Source of the DNA: an uncultured Ignavibacteria bacterium | GTDB lineage: Bacteria > Zixibacteria > MSB-5A5 > SM1-73 | Direction: 5' to 3' | Assembly (NCBI GenBank): GCA_964348415.1 | Contig: CAYGCR010000009.1 | Coordinates: 649-64,648 of the forward strand | Length of the DNA stretch: 64,000 nt | In this document: piece after piece, positions 1-8,876 of the stretch | Position numbering within the stretch: position 1 is the stretch's first letter | How the letters are laid out: every line of letters begins with the position of its first letter | The notes under the pieces: generated by a model | Database searches by the model: none | What the model saw: the letters and a program-made list of their open reading frames with translations, nothing else | Told to the model about the DNA's origin: nothing | Made by a program: the position numbers and the translations under genes

Positions 1-138
1 AAGGATTCAATCGACTTCGTGCTTTCAGATCAAAGGTTAGCTTCTTCTCTTAGAAAGAAAGGGTTACAAAGAGCCGCTCTCTTTACCTGGGAGAAGACCG
101 CGGAAAAAACACTTGCAGTCTATCGAAAGCTTTTATGA
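1..138 (+). CDS. glycosyltransferase, C-terminal fragment (5' end outside window)
   Basis: Frame-1 translation KDSIDFVLSDQRLASSLRKKGLQRAALFTWEKTAEKTLAVYRKLL* matches the C-terminal tail of GT4-type glycosyltransferases. Stop TGA at 136-138. Tandem with the next GT. Confidence 0.5.
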   Translation, partial: KDSIDFVLSDQRLASSLRKKGLQRAALFTWEKTAEKTLAVYRKLL

Positions 139-160
139 AGCCAGCCACGGCAGGAAAAAA

Positions 161-1273
161 ATGAGAATCGGGATTGACGTGAGGAAAATCAAGGATTTTG
201 GCATCGGGGTTTACATAGAGAATCTGGTTAAAAACCTTCTTCTCCTGGACCAGCAGAACGAATACCTTCTGTTCTTTCGTCCCCAAGACGCAGATGATTT
301 CGCCTTTCCTGAAGACAGGGTTCAAAAAGTCATAAACCGCTCGGGCAAATATTCCTTAAGTGAGCATCTTACGCTATCCTGGCAATCCAGAAGAAAGGGA
401 ATCGATGTCTTCTTCTCCCCACACTACGTTATGCCTCTTTTCTTAACCTGCAAGAAGGTGGTCACCATCCATGATCTAATTCACCTCAAATTTCCTCAGT
501 TTTTTCCTCGTCCGGGGGCAGGCTTGTATGCCAAGTTTATGTTTCAGCAGACTGTGAAACATGCTGACAAAATCATTGCTGACTCTGAGAATACCAAAAA
601 GGACATCTGCCGAATACTTGGAGTCGACCCGGCAAAAATCGAGGTCATCTACCCTGCCGTGGACGAAGAATTTTCCCGGTTTCAAGATGGCGAGAGGGTC
701 AGAGAATTCAGAAGCAGATACAGAATCGAGACCGATTACATTCTTTACGTAGGTTCCGAGAAACCGCACAAGAACCTGAAAAACACGCTTCTGGCCTTTT
801 CGATTGTGGCACACAGAACTGATTTGAATCTGGTGATTCGCGGGGCGAGTTTGAAAAAAAACGAGGAACTTTGGCAAACATTCTGTGACCTAAAACTCCA
901 AGACAGAACTATTGTTCTGGATTTCATTCCGAAGGAAGAACTTCCCCTGTTGTATGCCGGAGCGGAGCTTTTGGTTTTCCCCTCGCTGTATGAAGGATTC
1001 GGCTTCCCGGTTCTGGAGGCCTTCTCCTGCGGAACACCGGTGGTCACCTCGAATCGTTCCTCAATTCCTGAGGTGGCGGGCGACGCCGCTTTTCTGGTTG
1101 ATCCCCAGGACGTGGACGCCATAGCAGAAGGGATTCTTACCGTGCTGCACGACCCCCAGTTAAAAGGTAGTTTGATTGAAAAGGCCAGAAACAGAGCCGA
1201 ACTCTTTTCCTGGAAGGCTTCTGCAGAAAAGACCTTAGAAGTGTTTGGGGACATTGTGGAAGGAAACAGATAG
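161..1273 (+). CDS. glycosyltransferase family 4 (GT-B fold)
   Basis: Conserved GT4 C-terminal core EGFGFPVLEAFSCGTPVVTSNRSSIPEVAGDAAFLVDP. ATG at 161 preceded by aggaaaaaa. The ORF-track start at 113 is probably too far upstream. Confidence 0.8.
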   Translation: MRIGIDVRKIKDFGIGVYIENLVKNLLLLDQQNEYLLFFRPQDADDFAFPEDRVQKVINRSGKYSLSEHLTLSWQSRRKGIDVFFSPHYVMPLFLTCKKVVTIHDLIHLKFPQFFPRPGAGLYAKFMFQQTVKHADKIIADSENTKKDICRILGVDPAKIEVIYPAVDEEFSRFQDGERVREFRSRYRIETDYILYVGSEKPHKNLKNTLLAFSIVAHRTDLNLVIRGASLKKNEELWQTFCDLKLQDRTIVLDFIPKEELPLLYAGAELLVFPSLYEGFGFPVLEAFSCGTPVVTSNRSSIPEVAGDAAFLVDPQDVDAIAEGILTVLHDPQLKGSLIEKARNRAELFSWKASAEKTLEVFGDIVEGNR

Positions 1274-1515
1274 GCCTCCCGAAAGATTCCTCCTAACAGC
1301 GTTAGCCAGCCGAGTTCATCCCCATCAAGTCTTAACTCGGGCACACCCTGGCAAGTTGGTGTACCATAGTCAAATGGGGCAACAAACTCCTTGAGCGCGG
1401 GTCAGAGAGGCGAGAGCGATCCCATGGGCATACCTCTGGGATAAAGCGAGAGTTGGGAAGAAGAGCCTTGGGTGGGGTGAGGGGTGCAAAAGGGCAGCGC
1501 GAAGGCAAAGAAATG

Positions 1516-1544
1516 TTGACAAAGTGCGTCTATTGTGTGATATT
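1516..1544 (+). promoter_or_regulatory. sigma70-like promoter (TTGACA-17-GATATT with TGn extension) upstream of the EF-G paralog
   Basis: ttgaca at 1516-1521, a 17-nt spacer, then tgtGATATT at 1536-1544. Located about 50 nt upstream of the GTG start. Confidence 0.5.
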
Positions 1545-1595
1545 GGACATTTGTGTGCAGAACGTTATCGTCAATCTTTGTTCCAGGAGGTCAAT

Positions 1596-3680
1596 GTGAA
1601 GGAGTTTAGAATCGACCAAATCAGAAACGTGGGAGTGGTTGGCCATGGGGGTGTAGGCAAAACCTCCCTGGTGGAAGCCATGCTTTTTGACGCCAAGGTT
1701 ACCAAGAGGCTGGGCAGTGTGGACGACGGAACCAGCTTATCAGATTACACCGATGATGAGATCGAAAGAAAGGTATCGATTGGTGCCTCCCTCCTTCATC
1801 TGGAGTGGAGAAACCACAAAGTGAACATTGTGGACATGCCCGGCTACCAGGACTTCATCGGGGAGGTGGTAGGAGGTTTAAGGGTTACGGAAACCGCCCT
1901 GATCCTGCTTTCCGCTCAGGCCGGCGTGGAGGTGGGAACCGAGCAGGTGTGGGGCATTGCCGACAAGTACAACCTGGCACGGATGTTCTTTGTAAACAAA
2001 ATGGAAAAAGAGCACGCCGACTTCGAGAAGGTGCTTAGCCAGACCAAGGAAAGCTTTGGTCATAAGGTGGTTGCCATCCAGATCCCTATCGGGGAAGGAC
2101 CCAATTTCAAAGGGGTGGTGGATTTAGTCAAGATGAAGGCTTTATATTTCGAAAAGAATGGAAAGTCGAAAGAGGATAAAATTCCCGACGAGCTGGAGGC
2201 AAAAGCCAAAGAGTACCAGGAGAAACTAATAGAAGCCGCAGCGGAGACCGATGATGCGCTCCTGGAGAAGTTTTTTGATAAGGGCGGACTGTCCGACGAG
2301 GAGACAAGGACCGGACTGCGTAAAGGAATTGCAGAAAGGTCGGTCTTTCCTCTTCTCTGCGGATCGGCGTTGGAGAACGCGGGAACAACCAGTCTTCTGG
2401 ACTGTATAGCCTCATATCTCCCCTCACCCGCGGATTTCGGCCAGGTCGAGGCAAGGGTGCCAGGCACAGACAAAGAGAAGATGGCAAAGATAAGCCCAAA
2501 TGGATCTTTATGTGCCTTTGCCTTCAAGACCGTGTCCGAGCCCCACGTGGGAGAGTTAACATTTCTGAAAGTCTATTCAGGAAAACTGCGATCAGGAACG
2601 GATGTGTATAATTCGACGCAAGAGGCTTCGGAGAGGATAGGACAGATTTACGCCTTGAACGGCAGGGAGAGAAAGGAGATCGGCATCGTCAGCGCGGGCG
2701 ACCTGGCCGCCTTAGTCAAGTTAAAGAGCACAAAAACTGGGGATACCTTCTGTGACCAAAAAGATCAGCTGATATTGCCTCCAACCGAATTCCCCACGCC
2801 GGTGATCAACATGGGCATCAGACCCAAAAGCCGGGGAGACGAGGAGAAGATCGCCAACGGATTTGCCAAACTACATGACGAGGACCCTACCTTCATCATG
2901 GAGGTGGATGCTGACATAAGGCAAACCATAATCTACGGTCAGGGTGAGCTCCACCTGGACGTAATGGTGGACAGACTGAGAAGAAGGTTCGGCGTGGAAG
3001 CCGAGCTGCAGAAACCCCGTATACCCTACAGAGAGACGATTACAGCCAAAGCGGAAGCACAAGGGAAGTACAAGAGACAGTCGGGTGGGCGAGGGCAATA
3101 TGGCGATGTCTGGCTCAAGCTGGAACCGCTGCCCCGCGGAGAAGGGTTTCAGTTCGTAAATGAGATAGTAGGGGGAGTTGTTCCGTCCAAGTATATACCT
3201 GCAGTGGAGAAAGGCGTGGTGGAAGCCATGAATGACGGATTCTTAGCAGGCTATAAGGTTGTAGACGCAATGGTCACGCTGTACGATGGTTCATTCCATG
3301 AGGTAGACTCATCAGACCTAGCCTTCAAGATCGCGGGCTCCATGGGTTTCAAAAATGCTGCTACAAAGGCAAAGCCAGTGATGCTGGAGCCGATCTATAA
3401 CGTGGAGGTGATCGTTCCGGAGGACTTCATGGGCGACGTGATGGGCGACCTCTCCAGCCGACGCGGCAAGATCCTGGGAATGGAACAGGAGGCAAGCTTC
3501 CAGAAGATAAGGGCACAGGTCCCGCTGGCAGAATTGTATAAATACTCAACCTCTTTGCGGTCTTTAACCCAGGGAAGAGGGCTTCACACCCGGCAGTTTT
3601 CTCATTATGAAGAGACACCCAGAGACATTGCAGAAAAGCTTATCAAGGAAGCCCAGCAGGCAAAGGAGGCAGAGAAGTAA
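1596..3680 (+). CDS. elongation factor G paralog (EF-G2-like translational GTPase)
   Basis: G1 motif VGHGGVGKTS (as in T. thermophilus EF-G2, not the canonical AHIDAGKTT). DMPGYQDF G3 motif, NKMEK G4 motif, full EF-G domains II-V. GTG start at 1596 preceded by ccaggagg. Confidence 0.85.
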   Translation: MKEFRIDQIRNVGVVGHGGVGKTSLVEAMLFDAKVTKRLGSVDDGTSLSDYTDDEIERKVSIGASLLHLEWRNHKVNIVDMPGYQDFIGEVVGGLRVTETALILLSAQAGVEVGTEQVWGIADKYNLARMFFVNKMEKEHADFEKVLSQTKESFGHKVVAIQIPIGEGPNFKGVVDLVKMKALYFEKNGKSKEDKIPDELEAKAKEYQEKLIEAAAETDDALLEKFFDKGGLSDEETRTGLRKGIAERSVFPLLCGSALENAGTTSLLDCIASYLPSPADFGQVEARVPGTDKEKMAKISPNGSLCAFAFKTVSEPHVGELTFLKVYSGKLRSGTDVYNSTQEASERIGQIYALNGRERKEIGIVSAGDLAALVKLKSTKTGDTFCDQKDQLILPPTEFPTPVINMGIRPKSRGDEEKIANGFAKLHDEDPTFIMEVDADIRQTIIYGQGELHLDVMVDRLRRRFGVEAELQKPRIPYRETITAKAEAQGKYKRQSGGRGQYGDVWLKLEPLPRGEGFQFVNEIVGGVVPSKYIPAVEKGVVEAMNDGFLAGYKVVDAMVTLYDGSFHEVDSSDLAFKIAGSMGFKNAATKAKPVMLEPIYNVEVIVPEDFMGDVMGDLSSRRGKILGMEQEASFQKIRAQVPLAELYKYSTSLRSLTQGRGLHTRQFSHYEETPRDIAEKLIKEAQQAKEAEK

Positions 3681-3790
3681 TTATTCGTTTTCCCCTCTGT
3701 TTCCTCACTCGAAAAATCGGAGAGGATAACAAAGAGGTGAGGCTTGATAGCTGCGGACGACGGACGGTCGTCTGCGGACATGATTTTGAC

Positions 3791-3862
3791 GCCGATGTAG
3801 CTCAACGGTAGAGCAACTGATTTGTAATCAGTTGGTTGGAGGTTCGATTCCTCTCATCGGCT
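3791..3862 (+). tRNA. tRNA-Thr (anticodon TGT)
   Basis: Cloverleaf GCCGATG / D-arm GCTCAACGGTAGAGC / anticodon stem ACTGA-loop TTTGTAA-TCAGT / T-arm GGAGGTTCGATTCCTCT / CATCGGC. No CCA encoded. Confidence 0.8.
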
Positions 3863-3875
3863 GAATACGCAAAAA

Positions 3876-3908
3876 AGGTGGACGATCAGGTGACGTCCAC
3901 CTTTTTCT
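3876..3908 (+). terminator. rho-independent terminator after tRNA-Thr
   Basis: aggtggacg-atcaggtga-cgtccacct hairpin followed by TTTTTCT. Confidence 0.7.
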
Positions 3909-4308
3909 ATTGAATCTTCAAATTCGTAGAGCTGTCGTGCCGGCCCACTGGATCAAGCGCCGGACTCGCATTTCCATCGGATCGGCAGAACATGTGACCT
4001 TCTTCTCTATGCCGGGTCCGATGAATCGGGCGTCTGGCCAAGACTCCAGGCCAAGCTGGCGACCCCGCCCAGGGATCCCAGCAGAGTCCCGGTGATACTG
4101 ATCCGGTTCAATATCTCCACACCAGCCGAAGGTGCCTCGGTTCTCCCCTGTGGGAGATATTCAGCAAGCTGTTGAATTATCCCCACACCTCTTGGCTATG
4201 GGTAGACCTCCCACTGGACCTAAAAGGAATTCCCAGCATGCTCTCAAGCCAAGCTAAGCCGTTAACCCTTTGATGGTTAGCGTTCTTCCCCGGCTGTGGC
4301 TGCCCGGT

Positions 4309-4324
4309 TGGCACAAAGGTTGCT
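4309..4324 (+). promoter_or_regulatory. sigma54 (RpoN) -24/-12 promoter element TGGCAC-N5-TTGC
   Basis: tTGGCACaaaggTTGCtg is a perfect match to the GG-N10-GC sigma54 consensus. About 385 nt upstream of the first pilin gene. A sigma54 EBP is encoded at 16868. Confidence 0.55.
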
Positions 4325-4708
4325 GTGGTTATAGACAAATTCCAGACAAAACTCGGCGCGAAAGGGGGGCCGGTTTCGCCGTAAACATTTCTTAAGGTTT
4401 AAGATAAACTAACCGATAAGTGTTAGGAACGAGAGTGATTGGGGGACGAGCGGATAAAGCCATATCCTGATCTGCTCGTCCGCAAACACTTGCGAGAAAC
4501 TGACGCGACCGCAAAAAGGGGGGAAACTCGCTTTCCTATTTGCCATTCAATCTCAAGCAGAAGCCATTGGAGATACAAGAGGAGTGTTGCTGCACTCCTC
4601 CGGATCGGCCCAGACACTCATCCCGTGTTTGGACTGACCTGAAGTTGCAAAGCAGGGGCATAAGGGAGCCGACTAACCTTAGAGCAGAACGAAAGGGGGT
4701 GAACAGGA

Positions 4709-5224
4709 ATGAAGGCAATGCGCAAGCTCTTTTCGAGCCAGGCCGGTTTTACCTTAGTCGAGCTGGCTATCGGACTGGTGATCATCGGTCTTTTGATCGG
4801 AGCCATTCTGGGAGGCGCCCAGATGATCAAGAACGCCAAGATCAAAAGGCAGGTGTCGGACCTCCGCGGTCTTTACGGAGCAGTATACACTTACTTCGAC
4901 AGATACCTGCAGCTGCCGGGCGACAATGACGCTGATGGTTATTTCGATGCCGACTCTGCGGTGTGGGCTGACATAGAGAACGATGAGTTAGCTTACGAGA
5001 ACAAGCGGAGTCCTTTTGGAGCCAAGTACTTTTTTGGTGCCGACACCTTAGGCACTCCGGTTGCCTACAGGAATGGAAACTACATCAGGGTCAGTTTGCC
5101 ACCGGATGTGGCGGAAAACGTCGATAAGCAGCTTGACGACGGGGTAGACAGCACCGGCTTTATCACAGCAGCTTCGCCTTACACCGGTACAGCGAAGATC
5201 AATGTCTATTACTTCGTGGACTAA
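4709..5224 (+). CDS. type IV pilin / pseudopilin (prepilin-type N-terminal cleavage/methylation domain)
   Basis: MKAMRKLFSSQAG|FTLVELAIGLVIIGLLIGAILGG is a classic G|FTLxE prepilin leader plus hydrophobic alpha1. RBS aaaggggg. Confidence 0.85.
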   Translation: MKAMRKLFSSQAGFTLVELAIGLVIIGLLIGAILGGAQMIKNAKIKRQVSDLRGLYGAVYTYFDRYLQLPGDNDADGYFDADSAVWADIENDELAYENKRSPFGAKYFFGADTLGTPVAYRNGNYIRVSLPPDVAENVDKQLDDGVDSTGFITAASPYTGTAKINVYYFVD

Positions 5225-5409
5225 GGGATAACAATCGGTGGGGAGGGGGGACTGGTGAAAACAGTCTCCCCTCCCCACCGAGTTCCCTTTTGCAGATCCT
5301 CCGATTTGTTTTCTCAGCAGGAGCAAGTTAGGATAACGCCGGTTAGGGTATCCTTCTCTGGAGATTCTGCTTGTGAGTTTTAGGGCACCGCTTTCACATA
5401 GAAGAATAG

Positions 5410-6261
5410 ATGAAACTCTCATTTTATCGGATGGATGAGAAAAGATCAGGCCAGGGATTCACCCTTCTGGAGTTGGCCATTACCATGGCCATAATTGGCC
5501 TGCTCATGGTTTCAGGGGTGGGCCTTTATGCCGCATTGGCCAAGAGGCAAAGGGAGGTTAAGACCAGGGAGGAAATGGAGGGCATCAGACAAGCGATTCT
5601 GGGCTACTATGAGAACTGCCTGGTGCTGCCATCTCCCGATTCCGGGTATCTTGTTCCCATTGAGGACCTTGAGCTTTCTCCCAACGCGCAGACCGACGAG
5701 CTCTATACCGGAAAATACTATGCTTATGTGACCACCAACGACGGATCGCCTTTTCCCGACCTGAAAGTGGACGGACAGTCCATAGGCAGTACGGCTATGG
5801 TTTTGATATCCAGCGGCACAAACTTGAAGTTCGACGAAAGTAATAACGACCTGACCGACGGCCAATACAGCCAGGACGGGACTACTGATGATTTCGATGA
5901 CATACTCCTGTATCTTTCAGCCAACGAACTGTCATCATCAACCGCCTGGAAAAGGGAGATAGAAGAGGAGGTGGCGGTTCTGAATAAGGCCGCAACAATC
6001 CTGGCTGAAAACGATGACGACGGAGACGGGTTCGTAGACGAGGATTCCACCGACGCGCCGGGCAATTCCGATAGCATGACCGACTGGAATTTGGTGACCG
6101 GAACACAGTCTCTGGTCAATGCAGGGCTTTTGTGGAATCCAGACCATCTGGTGGACCCGTGGGGCACCGAGTACTGCTGGAATTCGTTTGGTTATGAATT
6201 TTACTCTGCCGGTCCCAACAAAACCGATGAGGGCTGTGGCGGTGACGATATATGTCCTTAA
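5410..6261 (+). CDS. type IV pilin-like protein with acidic (Ca-binding-like) C-terminal region
   Basis: GQG|FTLLELAITMAIIGLLMVSG prepilin motif (alternative start ATG 5431). D/E-rich segments DDDGDGFVDEDSTDAPGNSDS. C-terminal Cys pair. Confidence 0.75.
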   Translation: MKLSFYRMDEKRSGQGFTLLELAITMAIIGLLMVSGVGLYAALAKRQREVKTREEMEGIRQAILGYYENCLVLPSPDSGYLVPIEDLELSPNAQTDELYTGKYYAYVTTNDGSPFPDLKVDGQSIGSTAMVLISSGTNLKFDESNNDLTDGQYSQDGTTDDFDDILLYLSANELSSSTAWKREIEEEVAVLNKAATILAENDDDGDGFVDEDSTDAPGNSDSMTDWNLVTGTQSLVNAGLLWNPDHLVDPWGTEYCWNSFGYEFYSAGPNKTDEGCGGDDICP

Positions 6262-6276
6262 GCGGAGCGGAAGCAA

Positions 6277-7665
6277 ATGATCCTGTGCGTGGACTTTGCA
6301 GGTCGAAAAGTCAACATAATGTGCTTGGAGAACAGAAAGGGGCCAGCCAGATCCTCCAAAGGCGGACGGAACCCCGAACTTCGGGTGACGGAATCGCTTG
6401 AACTTAACGTTTCCGATGCCCCAGACTATCTCCGAAGCAAATCCGGAATGATCGAGAGCACAAGGGTCTCGGCACCTTTAGAAAAAACGTTCCACAAGAT
6501 TCTCACTCTGCCCGATTTGAAGCCAAAGATGCTCAAATCGGCCGTCGAAGCGGAGGTGACAAAGGCCTTCGGAAACGAGTATCAATTTCGCTACCAAAAC
6601 CTTGGGGAGGTGCTCGGTCCAGGCAACCAGGTAAACAGAAAGATAATGGCCGCGGGAACGAACAAGGAGACCCTGGAAGAACTCTCACAGATTTTTTCCC
6701 GATCGCCAGTCAGACCCAGAATGTATACAACCTATCCTACCGCCGTGCGGGCGCTACTGAGGAAGCTGGGAATCCTGGGCGAAGAGCCCATAGCCTTTAT
6801 GGAGCTCAGTCGTCCGACAAACCGGATCGTCATCTTCAAAGGGAATGAGGTGCGACTAACCCGAGAGGTCAGCTCAGCGGAAGACGCTAAGGACCCTGGC
6901 CGCTCGGGCCTGGCAAAGGACGTTTTCCGGACCGTTCTTTTCTATAACGAGACCTACCCGGACGAGAGAGTGGGCAAACTTGTATTTGCGGGAAACTCCA
7001 ACACCTCGGAGATGCGGCACAGTTTAAGCCAGAAGATCGGAGCAGAGCTTATTCCCTTTGTGCCTGAGACCCTTCTCTGGGGAAGCGAACAGATGCACCA
7101 CCTCCATCCGGGATGTCTGGGGTTGGCTCTGCTGAACTCTGGTTCGCGCAGCTTTGGGTTCGTGCCCATCTCGGTGCAGGAAAAAAACAAGCTCAGAAAG
7201 ATATTGGTCTTATCCTCCTCCGTGTGCCTTGCCGTTCTTCTGACATTTGCCGTGATCATCTCTCGATTCTCTTTCGATCTGAGCAACCTGAATGCTTTTC
7301 ATGGGGGGATAAAGGGCGAAATCAAGATGAAAGAGGACAGGTTAAAGGAGATGCCACTGGAATTTATTGACCAAACCATAGAAAGCTCTCAGCCGCCCTG
7401 GTCTGACATTCTCCTGGAAGTGGCAGCGGTGGTGCCAGAGGGAGTGGCTCTTAAGACCTTCACCCTGAAAAACGCAAAAAGAATATGGCGAGGGGAAATC
7501 ACCGCCGTCGCAAATGGATCAGACGAGATTAACTCGCTGCTCCAAGTAGAAGAGACGCAAAATAATTTCGTGAAGTCACCCTTATTCAAAGGGGTTAGGT
7601 TGACCAACAGAGAATTACAGGGCAAGCAAGCCTCATTTAAGATAACCTATCAGTTGGATATCTAA
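6277..7665 (+). CDS. PilM-like actin-fold domain fused to a PilN-like TM/coiled-coil domain (MshI-like)
   Basis: N-terminal about 300 aa resemble PilM (ILCVDFAGRKVNIMCLE ... TLPDLKPKMLKSAVEAEVTKAFGNEYQFRYQNLGE). Single TM ILVLSSSVCLAVLLTFAVII, then a periplasmic domain. This matches the MshI architecture. Confidence 0.55.
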   Translation: MILCVDFAGRKVNIMCLENRKGPARSSKGGRNPELRVTESLELNVSDAPDYLRSKSGMIESTRVSAPLEKTFHKILTLPDLKPKMLKSAVEAEVTKAFGNEYQFRYQNLGEVLGPGNQVNRKIMAAGTNKETLEELSQIFSRSPVRPRMYTTYPTAVRALLRKLGILGEEPIAFMELSRPTNRIVIFKGNEVRLTREVSSAEDAKDPGRSGLAKDVFRTVLFYNETYPDERVGKLVFAGNSNTSEMRHSLSQKIGAELIPFVPETLLWGSEQMHHLHPGCLGLALLNSGSRSFGFVPISVQEKNKLRKILVLSSSVCLAVLLTFAVIISRFSFDLSNLNAFHGGIKGEIKMKEDRLKEMPLEFIDQTIESSQPPWSDILLEVAAVVPEGVALKTFTLKNAKRIWRGEITAVANGSDEINSLLQVEETQNNFVKSPLFKGVRLTNRELQGKQASFKITYQLDI

Positions 7666-7666
7666 G

Positions 7667-8203
7667 ATGGGCAGAGAAAAGATCATCATCATCGGTTTCG
7701 GTTGTCTGATTTTCTTGATTGCGTTCTTTGGGCTAAAAAGAATCAAATCACTTAACCGGCAGATCAGAGAACAGAAGGAAAACGTGGCCAAATCAAGCCA
7801 GCGGTTGGATTACGTCAAAAACCTGGGCGAGTCCTTGGAATTGAGAAGGATGAGCGGCAAGGTACTGTTCGAAATTCCTCGAGCACAGGATCCTATTGCA
7901 AACAAAATTCTGATGGAAAAGTTCATCAAGTCTCTCTTGTCGCGATTGGGGCTCGAGGCCGAGGTGAAAATCGAGAATGAACGCAAAAGCAGGGATTTCC
8001 CCGATGTGATCACGGTAAACGAGGTGCCTTTGAAGATCGGCATAAAGAATTACTCCTCCTATCACCAAGTGATAAAGATGTTAAAGGAATTCGGGAATTT
8101 GCCCTTTGTGGTGGAAATACTGACCATCGGGGGCACGGATGTGGCTGTCCCTGGTAATTTGAGGGTTCAGCTCAAATACTATGTCTTGCCCAGAGGCTCC
8201 TAA
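7667..8203 (+). CDS. PilO/MshJ-like pilus assembly protein (TM + coiled coil)
   Basis: N-terminal TM IIIIGFGCLIFLIAFFGL followed by a coiled-coil-rich periplasmic region. Position matches MshJ/PilO. Confidence 0.5.
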   Translation: MGREKIIIIGFGCLIFLIAFFGLKRIKSLNRQIREQKENVAKSSQRLDYVKNLGESLELRRMSGKVLFEIPRAQDPIANKILMEKFIKSLLSRLGLEAEVKIENERKSRDFPDVITVNEVPLKIGIKNYSSYHQVIKMLKEFGNLPFVVEILTIGGTDVAVPGNLRVQLKYYVLPRGS

Positions 8204-8204
8204 A

Positions 8205-8876
8205 ATGGAATTTCTTCAAAGCCCCAAATCCAAGAAGCTGGTCCTCCTGGGGGCGGGACTGGTGGTGGTGATTCTGGTCGGATTCTTCCTTTTGAAGTTC
8301 ATGACCTCAGGAGGAGCCGATGTGGTCCCGGAGAAACCCCGGTCCACCCAGCGGAGCGTAAAGAAGATCTCTAAACCTAAAGCGGAGGAGCCGAAGAAGT
8401 CTCCCCTTTATGAGGCTATGAAAGCCCTTAAGGATCCGTTCCGGGCTGAGGACCCCAGAGCTGCAGAATTGCAGGATAAGCTCAGCCTGACTCAAAAAGA
8501 AGTGGAATACTTAAGGGCAATCTTGGAGGAAAAAAAACTCCGGCACGAGATAAAGGTAATAGAGAGGTCCATAGCCGAAGCTGACCGGGCAAGCTCACCC
8601 TGCGAACAGGCAGCCGCGTCATCCTCCCAAGCAGGAAAAGCAGAGGCCAGCTCCAAAAAGCAACGGGTGCTGGTCAAGGCAATACTGATCACTGATGAAG
8701 AGAAAAGTGCTCTGTTGGTCTCCGGGAGCAAGAAGACTTGGGTTCACGAAGGAGAGAATTTCGACGGTTGGGACATAAAAGAGATCAGAAGGGAAAGTGT
8801 CGTCCTCTCCAAGGAGGGGAAGACAATCGTTTTCTTTTATGATCGTCCCGGCATTTTTCGGGAAGGAGAATCATGA
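8205..8876 (+). CDS. PilP/MshK-like pilus assembly protein
   Basis: TM LVLLGAGLVVVILVGFFLL, low-complexity linker, C-terminal beta domain VLVKAILITDEEKSALLVSGSKKTWVHEGENFDGWDIKEI typical of PilP. Start taken at ATG 8205, just after the upstream stop. Confidence 0.5.
   Translation: MEFLQSPKSKKLVLLGAGLVVVILVGFFLLKFMTSGGADVVPEKPRSTQRSVKKISKPKAEEPKKSPLYEAMKALKDPFRAEDPRAAELQDKLSLTQKEVEYLRAILEEKKLRHEIKVIERSIAEADRASSPCEQAAASSSQAGKAEASSKKQRVLVKAILITDEEKSALLVSGSKKTWVHEGENFDGWDIKEIRRESVVLSKEGKTIVFFYDRPGIFREGES

Noticed and set aside
476-1344. Minus-strand ORFs 476-877 and 745-1344, and many other antisense ORFs inside gyrA, mnmG, EF-G, pilus and peptidase genes
   Set aside because: All are antisense overlaps of strongly supported genes, typical of GC-moderate DNA. 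No independent evidence.
3909-4708. RNase P RNA, tmRNA, SRP or 6S RNA in the long ORF-free regions (3909-4708, 22770-23399, 26462-27493)
   Set aside because: No hallmark motifs found by eye: GGAAAGUCCGG / ACAGNAANCCGGCUUA for RNase P, tRNA-like 3' end plus ANDENYALAA tag frame for tmRNA. Only a short GCTTATCGG coincidence at 23083. These regions need an Rfam scan.
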